Below, piece after piece: positions 20,553 through 29,040 of a DNA stretch of 64,000 nt (position 1 is its first letter; every line of letters begins with the position of its first letter). The position numbers and the translations under genes are program-made. The notes under the pieces are model-generated. The model was not told where the DNA came from. It saw nothing but the letters and a program-made list of their open reading frames with translations, and searched no databases. The stretch covers positions 32,001 through 96,000 of the forward strand of contig CAVWLW010000051.1 of NCBI GenBank assembly GCA_963755715.1. Reading direction: 5' to 3'. This DNA is from an uncultured delta proteobacterium. Lineage in GTDB: Bacteria; Desulfobacterota; Binatia; UBA9968.

Positions 20553-21335
20553 ATGGCGCTGAAAGTTGAGTTAGGAAGAAAATACTCGGCAGCCGACGCG
20601 AAAGCGATCGTCGATAAACTTTATTCGATAGTGCGCGAACGCTGGGAAGTGAAGGTCAACCAGACGCCGTTTATGCAGCAGTTGATGGCGGGCAAGCTGC
20701 CGCTCAAAGTGCTGCAAACTTTTTTTCGCAACTGGGGCGCGTACACGATCGAGATCAACACGCTCACAGCGTGCACGTATCATCGAAACATTACTTTTTT
20801 CAAAGTAAATCGCGATCTGATGGGGCCGATCGGCGAGAAGATCGCCGATGAGTTCATTCACCCCAAGCCGCCGGGCCATTTTCTCGTCATGCTGCAAACC
20901 GCGCAGGCTTTCGGCCTGACCGAAGAAGAAGTTTTCACGACGCCGATGCTGTCGGAATTTCGCGGCAAGATCGATTTCATGCGCGGCATCGTCTACGAGG
21001 GCACCGCAGCGGAATGGTACTCGGCTGTGACCACGGAAGAGCAGATCGGTCATTGGTCGGCGGCCTGTTACAAGGCGCTGACGACGCATTACGGCTTTGA
21101 CCGCGACAAAGCGACTTACTTCGCGACTCATGTCGAGGCTGATCTTGCCGAACATGAGGAAGGGGTGATGGGCCACGCGAGCTTCAATCGCATGGCGCTG
21201 CAAAGATTGTTGGAAACGGGCGCGGCCGATGAGCGGCCGACTTATGGCCTGGAGTATTGCGCCATGACTTCGGTGGATCTGCATGGCGTGATGTTGCGCT
21301 CGGCGATGGCAGAGGCGGAGCGGGTAATCGTGTAG
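20553..21335 (+). CDS. Heme-oxygenase-like diiron protein (HDO; CADD/PqqC/TenA fold)
   Basis: All-helical; DE-x8-H (ADEFIHPKPPGH), EE, YF-x-THVEAD...H, matching the CADD-type ligand layout. Confidence 0.75.
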   Translation: MALKVELGRKYSAADAKAIVDKLYSIVRERWEVKVNQTPFMQQLMAGKLPLKVLQTFFRNWGAYTIEINTLTACTYHRNITFFKVNRDLMGPIGEKIADEFIHPKPPGHFLVMLQTAQAFGLTEEEVFTTPMLSEFRGKIDFMRGIVYEGTAAEWYSAVTTEEQIGHWSAACYKALTTHYGFDRDKATYFATHVEADLAEHEEGVMGHASFNRMALQRLLETGAADERPTYGLEYCAMTSVDLHGVMLRSAMAEAERVIV

Positions 21336-21360
21336 GGGCAAACCCTCCGTAGGTTCGCCC
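21332..21360 (+). repeat. GTAG-type REP-like hairpin
   Basis: GTAG followed by GGGCAAACC ... GGTTCGCCC stem; the TAG is the upstream stop codon. Confidence 0.55.
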
Positions 21361-21387
21361 GGATTGCCACTGTAACTGGAGGACATC

Positions 21388-22314
21388 ATGATCGAACAGA
21401 TACGCGGCATCGTTTTGCCGAGTCCTACCGTTTTTCTGGAAGATGGCAGCGTCGATGAAAAATTGATGCGCGAGCTTACCGACTGGTTTGTCGCCTGCGG
21501 CGTGCATGCGTTTTTTGTCTTGGGTTCTTACGGCCAGGGGCCGGCGATGACGCCGGAGGAAAGGAAGAAAGTTGCCGAGATTATCGTTCAGCAAGTGAAA
21601 CATCGCGTGCCGGTGGTTGTTCACGTCGGCGCGGTGGACCCATACACCGCCATCGATCTCGGCAAGCATGCGAAATCCATTGGCGCTGAAGCCATCGGCC
21701 ACGTCGGACCTTACTATTATGCCGACCGCTCCGAGTACGAAATCATCGAGCACTTCAAGATGGTCGATCGCGCGCTCGGCATGCCTATTCTCGTTTACAA
21801 CAACCCGCGCTACTCGGGTTACAATATTCATCCCGCCTTCATGGCGCGCTTGGTCGAGTCGGTGCCGAATATCTTCGGCGCGAAGCTGGCGATGGGCAGC
21901 GTCGACGAAGCGATGGCTTACATGAAGATGGTCAAAGCACCGTTTGCGCCCTATGCTCTCGCGAGCAATTTAGTTTCAGCGATGTCCGTCGGCGTCGCCG
22001 GCACGATTAGCCCGCCGCTGGCGGTGACGCCGGAAATCGGCGTCGAACTGGTCCGCGCCATCGACGCCGGCAAAGCCGAGGAAGCTTTGGCGTTGCAAAG
22101 AAGCGTGATCCGCATCCACGATCTTTTCCTGCGCCTCGCCGGCCCCTTCGGACGAACAATTTACTGCGAAGCCATGCGTCTTCGAGGTTTCGACGTGAAG
22201 ATGTACCCGCGTTGGCCGTCCAAGCCGCTTAGCCGGGATGCGTATGACGAAATGCGCGATCTGTTTACTGAACTGAAGATCATTAATGCGCCTGCCCAAG
22301 CTCGAACAGCGTAA
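21388..22314 (+). CDS. DHDPS/NAL-family class I aldolase
   Basis: GSVDE, GSYGQG (variant of GTTGE), ERK, LVYNNP, Schiff-base Lys in GAKLA. Confidence 0.88.
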   Translation: MIEQIRGIVLPSPTVFLEDGSVDEKLMRELTDWFVACGVHAFFVLGSYGQGPAMTPEERKKVAEIIVQQVKHRVPVVVHVGAVDPYTAIDLGKHAKSIGAEAIGHVGPYYYADRSEYEIIEHFKMVDRALGMPILVYNNPRYSGYNIHPAFMARLVESVPNIFGAKLAMGSVDEAMAYMKMVKAPFAPYALASNLVSAMSVGVAGTISPPLAVTPEIGVELVRAIDAGKAEEALALQRSVIRIHDLFLRLAGPFGRTIYCEAMRLRGFDVKMYPRWPSKPLSRDAYDEMRDLFTELKIINAPAQARTA

Positions 22315-22349
22315 GTCAAGGAATTCCACACCGAGGATTGCCCTGTCGT

Positions 22350-23297
22350 ATGCAAGCTAGATTCACAACTGTATCATTAGTCGCGCTTTGGAGTTTCTCG
22401 TTGTTTTGTGTTCGAGCTTCAGCAGACGAGCGCGTGCGCATGGCTTTATCCGTGCGAAACGTCGTCTTTCTGCCGTTTTACTACGCCAAAGATACCAAGA
22501 TCTTTGCTAAGCACGGGTTGAACGTCGAGTTGATTCAGATGCGCAGCGATCTGCAGCTTGCCGGATTAGCTTCTGGGGAAATCGATTTCACGCCGTCGGT
22601 CGGTCCCGCCGGCGCCGCCATCGCCAACGGTCTTCCGCTGAAAGCGCTCGCGATTCTTTATCGCGCGCCGTTATTTTCTTTGGTGAGCCCGGCCGGCGTT
22701 TCGAGCGCGAAAGAGCTCGAAGGGAAAACGGTCGCGGTTTCCCGCATCGGTTCGGAAAGCCACCGGTACGGTTCGCTCATACTTGAAAGTGGCGGGGCCG
22801 ACCCCAAGAAAGTAACGTTTATTCAAACTGGCAGCACAACCGTAAGCCTGACTGCGCTCCAACAGGGTTCGGTCAGCGCCGCGGTACTTAGCCCCCCTTT
22901 TACGGGAATCATGGCGGAGAAAGGGTACAAGATCCTCGGGCGAAGCCGATCTCTGCTGGCGGACGCGCCATGGCTCGGTCTGGTTGCCAGTCGGCAAAAA
23001 CTCGAACGCCAGCCCGAGCAGGCAAGAAACATACTGCGCTCCATGCGCGACGTGATCGCCGTGATCAAGCGCGAAAAGCCGGCGGTTGTTTCTTACATCG
23101 AAAAAAACTTCAAAGTGAGCGCGGCCAACGCCAATGAATCCTACGACGACATCATGGGAGTGACCGTGGAGCCCCTGGTGCTACGCGACGAGCAAATTCA
23201 AAAATATCTCGATGGCTCTTTTGCCCGCGGCGAGATTCCCAAGCGCTTGACCGTCGGCGACATGTTCGATTTCTCCATGCTGCGCAACTTGAAGTGA
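22350..23297 (+). CDS. NMT1/THI5/SsuA-like substrate-binding protein
   Basis: Signal peptide; IFAKHGLNVELIQM, ELEGKTVAVS, DMFDFSML. Confidence 0.85.
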   Translation: MQARFTTVSLVALWSFSLFCVRASADERVRMALSVRNVVFLPFYYAKDTKIFAKHGLNVELIQMRSDLQLAGLASGEIDFTPSVGPAGAAIANGLPLKALAILYRAPLFSLVSPAGVSSAKELEGKTVAVSRIGSESHRYGSLILESGGADPKKVTFIQTGSTTVSLTALQQGSVSAAVLSPPFTGIMAEKGYKILGRSRSLLADAPWLGLVASRQKLERQPEQARNILRSMRDVIAVIKREKPAVVSYIEKNFKVSAANANESYDDIMGVTVEPLVLRDEQIQKYLDGSFARGEIPKRLTVGDMFDFSMLRNLK

Positions 23298-23347
23298 GCG
23301 ATGCCAATCGATTCTGACTTTGGTCATGCGATTCTAAGGAGTTTGCG

Positions 23348-24302
23348 ATGAGTGAAGATCAAAGACCGGTGTTATCCCTTGCCGCGGGCTATCACCTGCG
23401 CGCCAAGCCCTTGTGCGACGGCCGGGTTAAAATGAAAAACTTCGAGCTCAGAGCCGTGCCGTTCCAAGAGGATGGCGCCGGGCATGAAGAATTTCTCGCG
23501 GGCAAGTACGATACCGGGGAGTTTTCTCTGGCAAATTACGTTGCGCTGAAGAGCCGCGACGCGCCGTTCATGGCGATTCCGGTGTTTCCCAATCGCAAGT
23601 TTCGCCACTCCTACATTTTCGTGCCGGAAAATTCTCCGCTGAAAGAGCCGGCTCAACTCAAAGGCAAGAAGGTCGGCATTCTCGGCTGGCTCAATACCGC
23701 CGGCCTCTGGGCGCGCGGAATGCTCAGCGACGAATACGGCGTAAAGCCACAAGATATTCATTGGGTCATGCCGCGCAAAATGAAGCTGGATCTCACCCTG
23801 CCGACCGGCACCCGCCTGGATGTGGTGCCTGGCGAGGATTCGCTCGCGGCGCGCATGCTCAAAGGCGAATTCGACGCGATCATCGTGCCGGATTTTCCCG
23901 AAGAAAAGGGATGGCGGCGGTTATTTGCCGATTCGAAAACGGTCGAGCAAGATTTTTTTCGGCGCACCGGTGTTTTCCCGACCAGCCACGCGATTACTTT
24001 TCATTCGTCTTATTTGGAAAAATATCCAGTCGGCGGCGCAAGAAATGTTTAACGCTTGTCTCGAAGCGAAAAATCTCGCCCTGCGCGACGATGCCGACGC
24101 GACCTATTCGAACTTCGCCTGGAACCGGCAGGTTTGGGAAGAGCAGCAGGCGGTTCTCGGCGCCGATCCGTGGAAGTTCGGTATCAAAGGCAACGAGAAG
24201 GCGCTCGACGCATTGATTCGCTATGCCGACGAGCAGGGGTTGCTGGCGAAGAAAATGACCATCGCCGATCTGTTTCTTCAGATCGATGAACCGCAATCGT
24301 AA
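23348..24302 (+). CDS. 4,5-dihydroxyphthalate decarboxylase (PhtD/OphC)-like protein, periplasmic-binding-protein fold; one frameshift near 24028
   Basis: PLCDGRV, EFSLANY, AIPVFPNRKFRHS, TAGLWARGML-DEYGV, TGVFP-SH, DPWKFG, LIRYADEQGL; no signal peptide. Confidence 0.8.
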
Positions 24303-24319
24303 AGGGGAACTCAGACAAC

Positions 24320-25789
24320 ATGGCAATTACCACCCATGAGCATCAGGGACACGGCGACCACGGACACGATCATGAAGGCGCCGTCGGGCCGCACACGCAC
24401 CTCACCAGTGTTGGCATCGATATCGGTTCTTCGACTTCCCATCTGATGTTTTCCCAGCTGCTGATCGGTTATCCGTCGGTGCTGCAGCGAAAACCGATCG
24501 TGCTCGAACGCAACGTGATCGCGCGCTCGCCGATTTTGCTCACGCCCTTCAGCGGCGATTGGAACATCGAAGCCGGTCCGCTGAGCGAGCTGGTCGACGA
24601 TACATTCCAAGCCGCGGGATTGACCCGCGACGACATTGACACCGGCGCGGTGATCATCACCGGCGAAGCGGCGCGGCGCGACAACGCCCAGAAGATCGCC
24701 GAGCTGTTTTCCGACGAAGCGGGACGTTTCGTGTGCGCGACCGCAGGACCGAAGCTCGAGACGACCATGGCGGCGCACGGCTCCGGCGCGGTGCAACAGA
24801 GCCGCGAGCAAGGCCTGGTTCTGCTCAACATCGACGTCGGTGGCGGCACGACGAAAATCAGCCTGATCGACAATGGCAAGATCCGCGCAACGACCGCGGT
24901 CAATATCGGCGCGCGACTGGTGGCCCACGACGGCGCGGATGTGATCGTGCGCTTGGAAAAAGGCGGTCGGCGGTTTCTTCAAGATCTTGGGCAGCGGCTG
25001 GATTTCGGCGCGAGAGTTCCCGATGATCTGCGCGCTCAGCTCGCAAGTCGGATGGCGCAAGCGCTCTTCGGTGCGCTGACGACCAGCGCACAACCGTGGG
25101 AGGATTTTTACGTGATACCCGGGTTGGGCGAACTGCCGGCGATCGATGGCATTCTCTTCTCGGGCGGCGTTTCGGAATATATCTACTCGCGCGAGGCCAA
25201 GGTGTTCGGCGACTTGGGTCCGTATTTAGGCCGAGCGATTCGTCGCGAAGCGGAAAGTCGCGGTTTCAATATTCTCGAAGCGGGCGAGGGCATCCGCGCC
25301 ACCGTCATCGGCGCGTCGCAGTACACCGTGCAATTGAGCGGTGAGACGATCTTCATTCCTAAATCAATGAATTTGCCGGTGCGTAATTTACGTGTCTTTG
25401 TCGCCAACGTTGGCTGGGATGCGCCGGTTGCCGATAAGGCCGAGAGCGCGGTGAAAAAAACTCTCGGCGCGCGCGATCCGGAAGTGCGCGGCACGCCGTT
25501 CGTGCTGGCGTTTTCGACGCCGCCGTTTACCGGCTACGGCGCCGTGCAAGACATGGCGCGCGGCATCGACCGCGCGCTGGAGACCTTGCCGGCCGAAGAT
25601 CGCCCGGTGGCGTTGGTTTTTGTGCAGAACATCGGCCAGGTAGTCGGCGGCATGCTCTCGGCGAAATGGAACATGCCTTGCGTCGACGAGGTGAGCTTGT
25701 CCGAGCTCGACTTTATCGACATCGGCGAAGTGGTCGAGAGTGAAGGTTTCGTGCCGGTGGTGATTAAAAGTTTGGCCTTCGGAGTATGA
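24320..25789 (+). CDS. eutA: EutA-like ASKHA-fold ATPase with His-rich N-terminus
   Basis: SVGIDIGSSTSHLMFS, IDTGAVIITGE, FVCATAGP-LE, NIDVGGGTT, FSGGV, FGDLG, IRATVIGASQ, VPVVIKSL. Confidence 0.85.
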   Translation: MAITTHEHQGHGDHGHDHEGAVGPHTHLTSVGIDIGSSTSHLMFSQLLIGYPSVLQRKPIVLERNVIARSPILLTPFSGDWNIEAGPLSELVDDTFQAAGLTRDDIDTGAVIITGEAARRDNAQKIAELFSDEAGRFVCATAGPKLETTMAAHGSGAVQQSREQGLVLLNIDVGGGTTKISLIDNGKIRATTAVNIGARLVAHDGADVIVRLEKGGRRFLQDLGQRLDFGARVPDDLRAQLASRMAQALFGALTTSAQPWEDFYVIPGLGELPAIDGILFSGGVSEYIYSREAKVFGDLGPYLGRAIRREAESRGFNILEAGEGIRATVIGASQYTVQLSGETIFIPKSMNLPVRNLRVFVANVGWDAPVADKAESAVKKTLGARDPEVRGTPFVLAFSTPPFTGYGAVQDMARGIDRALETLPAEDRPVALVFVQNIGQVVGGMLSAKWNMPCVDEVSLSELDFIDIGEVVESEGFVPVVIKSLAFGV

Positions 25790-25790
25790 C

Positions 25791-25967
25791 ATGAAATCGA
25801 ACTTTCGCGATTCGCCGGTTTGGTTCGCACGGATGATGGGCTTGTTGTTTTCTCTCGCGGTGCTTTCGGGCACGACGATGCCGGTGGGCGAGTTTCAGAT
25901 CTTCGAGCAGGCGCCGAAAGAAAAATATCCGCTCGACACAATATTCGCCGCGTGGGCATCAGATTGA
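25791..25967 (+). pseudogene. 58 aa ORF, probably a deletion remnant of an exported solute-binding protein
   Basis: GGAG RBS; MKSNFRDSPVWFARMMGLLFSLAVLS signal-like segment followed by TTMPVGEFQIFEQAPKEKYP; below the ORF-track cutoff. Confidence 0.4.
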
Positions 25968-26034
25968 TATCGATCGCTTGTTGGACAGTGGAAACTTGCA
26001 TGTGATAAGAACCGAAGGAGAATACAGCCGATAC

Positions 26035-26054
26035 ATGAAGTTATATAATGAAGT
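26035..26054 (+). promoter_or_regulatory. Possible internal promoter/operator before the HDO pair
   Basis: AT-rich spacer with ATGAAGT direct repeat (26035, 26048) around TATAAT (26044-26049). Confidence 0.35.
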
Positions 26055-26153
26055 ATTAGGAACACTCTAAGAAAATTAATTGCCGAAGCCATTCTGGCCC
26101 AAGGCAAACAACGTAAAAGCTGAAAAACCTGGTTTCGATAGAGGGAAGGATCC

Positions 26154-26867
26154 ATGGGCGCGGCAAATGGCATCGAAAAAATGTGGGAAGAGTTAGTCGG
26201 TTTGTGTAATGCGCAATTTAGTTCGGCGCCGTTCAAACGCCTGCTCAGCGCAAAGTTCACCCAGGCGCGTGCGCAGCAGTATTCCATTCAAATGGCCTAC
26301 TACGTGCAAAATCGGCGCGATTGTTGGGGTTACGTCCAGGGCTCGGCGCCGTTCGAAATCAAGAAGCTGATCTGGCAGCACGAAGAAGACGAGCTGATCG
26401 GTCAAAAAGCGCAAGGCAAGGTCGACCACATCACATTGGCGGTGAAAGAAGGCGAAGTGTTCGGCCTAAGCGCGGAGGCATTCGAGCGGACCGCGCGTCT
26501 CGAAGGCGGCGAGGTTTGTTTCAGCGCGTGGATTCGTCTGGCGCAGCGCTCCTGGTTGGAGGCTATCGCCGCATCGGCGATACTCGAAATGCGCAATTCC
26601 GGCGAGTTGATCGAAGGCGGCTCCTTATCGCAGCGCATCGGCGCCATGTTCGAGCGCGATCTCAGTATTCCCATGAAAAAGCAGATTAACAACGCCGAGC
26701 ACGTGGTCATGGACGTAGAACATGCTCATCTGTTGATGCAGGTGGCGCGCACATACGCCACGACGGACTCGACCCGCCAGGCGATCCTGCGCGGCGCCAA
26801 AGAGAGTCTGATGATCGACCGGGTCTATCGCGGCCATCTCGCGGAAATAGTCGAGGCGCTGCCGTAG
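26154..26867 (+). CDS. Heme-oxygenase-like diiron protein (HDO), paralogue 1 of tandem pair
   Basis: HEEDE...DH, LEMRN and EHVVMDVEH ligand motifs; NRRDCWGYVQG. Confidence 0.78.
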   Translation: MGAANGIEKMWEELVGLCNAQFSSAPFKRLLSAKFTQARAQQYSIQMAYYVQNRRDCWGYVQGSAPFEIKKLIWQHEEDELIGQKAQGKVDHITLAVKEGEVFGLSAEAFERTARLEGGEVCFSAWIRLAQRSWLEAIAASAILEMRNSGELIEGGSLSQRIGAMFERDLSIPMKKQINNAEHVVMDVEHAHLLMQVARTYATTDSTRQAILRGAKESLMIDRVYRGHLAEIVEALP

Positions 26868-26907
26868 GCACCGCGATTTTCCGCGGACAAACGGAGGAAT
26901 AATATCT

Positions 26908-27612
26908 ATGGATATCGTAAACGATTTGCTGAAAACGCTGGACCAGATGGTCAACGATCAGTTCGACAGCGTGGAGTTCAAGAATTTTCTTGCCGTGCCC
27001 TTGACGCTGGAGCGCGGGCGCTTTTACGTCATTCAAAATGCGCTTTATACCAGCAATCGGCGCGACTGCTGGGGCTACGTCCAGGGCGGCGCGCCACTGG
27101 AAGTCAAACGCGTCATTTGGCAACACGAAAGCGACGAGCTGATCAACGATCCACGCGCGGGGATGGATCATTACGCCCTCACGGTCAAACAGGGCGAAGT
27201 CATCGGTCTCAAACCTGAAGATTTCGCGAAGGCCGAGATCCCATCGATGGTGCGCGCATGCTTTTATGCCTGGCACCATATCGCTATGCACAACCATTGG
27301 CTGACGGCTTACACGGCGTCGCACATGCTCGAACGGCGCAACAACGGCAAGATCGTCCAAAACGGCGGCATGTCGTACCGGGTCGGCAAGAAATTCGAAA
27401 ACGAGCTTGGGATCAATTTAAAGAAGATGATCTCACTCGACGTTCACGTGGTCGCCGATACCGAGCACTCGGAAAATATTTCCGAGATGTTCGAGCGCTA
27501 TGTCAAAACTGGCGAAGACCGCGACCTGGTTCTAAAAGGTGCACAGGATTCGATGGCGATCGATCGCGCCTATCGCGGCGCGCTCGGTTACTACATGGAG
27601 CAGATTAACTAG
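26908..27612 (+). CDS. Heme-oxygenase-like diiron protein (HDO), paralogue 2 of tandem pair
   Basis: HESDE...DH, LERRN and VHVVADTEH; NRRDCWGYVQG; RBS GGAGG. Confidence 0.78.
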   Translation: MDIVNDLLKTLDQMVNDQFDSVEFKNFLAVPLTLERGRFYVIQNALYTSNRRDCWGYVQGGAPLEVKRVIWQHESDELINDPRAGMDHYALTVKQGEVIGLKPEDFAKAEIPSMVRACFYAWHHIAMHNHWLTAYTASHMLERRNNGKIVQNGGMSYRVGKKFENELGINLKKMISLDVHVVADTEHSENISEMFERYVKTGEDRDLVLKGAQDSMAIDRAYRGALGYYMEQIN

Positions 27613-27687
27613 ACGCTTGCCGATACGGATGATGGAACTTTTTGCATTTCAAAATAGCTTCAATCGCGAGTTAGGAGGACATAAAAC

Positions 27688-28779
27688 ATGATGAAGAATT
27701 TAAATCTCAACGAGGCATCGGCTTATTCACGAAAGAGTCCGTACGACATCTATCAGGAGTGGGAAGGAATTCCGGTATACAAAGATTTCATTATTCCGGA
27801 CCTGCTGAAGTTGGAGCTCGGCGATTGGACGCGCACCGGCGGCAAGGCGGCCTTTGCCAACATGGACGGCGCCGGCGGCACTTGCGATACGGTGATCGAG
27901 GAAATCGCGCCCGGCGGACAGCTCAAACCGGTTCGACACATGTATGAAAAGGCGATTTTCATTCTCGAGGGCCAGGGCGCGACGACGATCTGGAATGAAG
28001 GCGGCAAGAAGCACACGCTCGAGTGGCAGAAGGGAAGTCTTTTTTCCACGCCGCTCAACACTTGGCATCAACATTTCAATGCTCAAGGTAGTGCGCCGGT
28101 GCGGATGATTTCTTTGACCGACGCGCCGGTGATTATCAATCGCTATCGCAACCTCGACTACATTTTTAATAATAGTTTTATTTTCTCCGATCGTTACAGC
28201 GGCGGTGCCGATGAATGGGGCAAGGGCGGGCGATACGTCCCCGAAGTAAAAAAAGGGCGCGTCTGGGAATCGAACTTCATCGCCGATTTGTGGGGATTTC
28301 AACCCATCGAGTACAAAGAACGAGGCGGCGATAACCGGACCACGCTCTTCGAGTTCGTCGATAATACCATGAGCGCGCATCTGTCAGAGTTCCCGGTCGG
28401 CAAATACAAAAAAGCCCACCGTCACGGCGCAGGAGCGCATATCGTGATGCTCACCGGCGCCGGGTATTCTTTTCTTTGGCCGGAGGGCGAATACGGCACC
28501 AAGAAACGCGTCGAGTGGGGGCGCATGAGCATGTTCGTGCCGCCGATGCAGTGGTGGCACCAACATTTTAATCCTGGAGCCGAGCCGGCGCGTTATCTCG
28601 CGCTCAAGCCTTGGGGTTTTAAGTTCAACGTCGAGGATCTCAAGGACACTGGGGAAGACGTGAAGAGTGGCGGTGCGCAGATCGAATACCAGGATCAAAA
28701 TCCGGAGATTCACAAGGTATTTCTTTCCGAATGCGCGCGGCGCGGCGCCGAAGCGCGCATGCCGATGTTCGGCACCTGA
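27688..28779 (+). CDS. Bicupin protein (gentisate-dioxygenase-like architecture)
   Basis: Two cupin sites: RHMYE..ILEGQG..PLNTWHQHFN and AHRHG..LTGAGYS..PPMQWWHQHFN; RBS AGGAGG. Confidence 0.82.
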   Translation: MMKNLNLNEASAYSRKSPYDIYQEWEGIPVYKDFIIPDLLKLELGDWTRTGGKAAFANMDGAGGTCDTVIEEIAPGGQLKPVRHMYEKAIFILEGQGATTIWNEGGKKHTLEWQKGSLFSTPLNTWHQHFNAQGSAPVRMISLTDAPVIINRYRNLDYIFNNSFIFSDRYSGGADEWGKGGRYVPEVKKGRVWESNFIADLWGFQPIEYKERGGDNRTTLFEFVDNTMSAHLSEFPVGKYKKAHRHGAGAHIVMLTGAGYSFLWPEGEYGTKKRVEWGRMSMFVPPMQWWHQHFNPGAEPARYLALKPWGFKFNVEDLKDTGEDVKSGGAQIEYQDQNPEIHKVFLSECARRGAEARMPMFGT

Positions 28780-29040
28780 GCCTTCGTCAAGTTTTCATAA
28801 TGGTCGCAGTCTAGCGGGAGCCGGTGGCAATTGTGTCACCGGCTTCGCTGTCTTGCCTCACGCACCATATTATGAACTTCATGGCGGTCATTGGGAGCGA
28901 CATCGAGGGTACCGGTAAGCATCTGGATAGGGTCCCCCGCATAGCACATCCGCGAGAGGGTAGAGATTTTCCTAGCCAATTTAACGCGCTTTTGCTATCA
29001 TAAACCGGTTATAAAACGGTCGCTCACGTCAAAGACTCAA

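Noticed and set aside
24320-25789. Ethanolamine utilisation or microcompartment locus
   Set aside because: No eutB, eutC or shell-protein genes are in the window.
18424-27612. Thiamin salvage cluster (ThiO-like + THI5-like + TenA-like)
   Set aside because: The helical proteins keep diiron ligand patterns that TenA lacks, and no thiD/E/G/S genes or TPP riboswitch are visible. I treat it as unlikely rather than excluded.
20553-27612. PqqC / PQQ biosynthesis
   Set aside because: There is no pqqA/B/D/E, and PqqC is cofactor-free with different conserved motifs.
28800-29040. c-di-GMP riboswitch upstream of the pilin
   Set aside because: There is a hairpin near 28820-28845, but the GEMM consensus elements are not recognisable.
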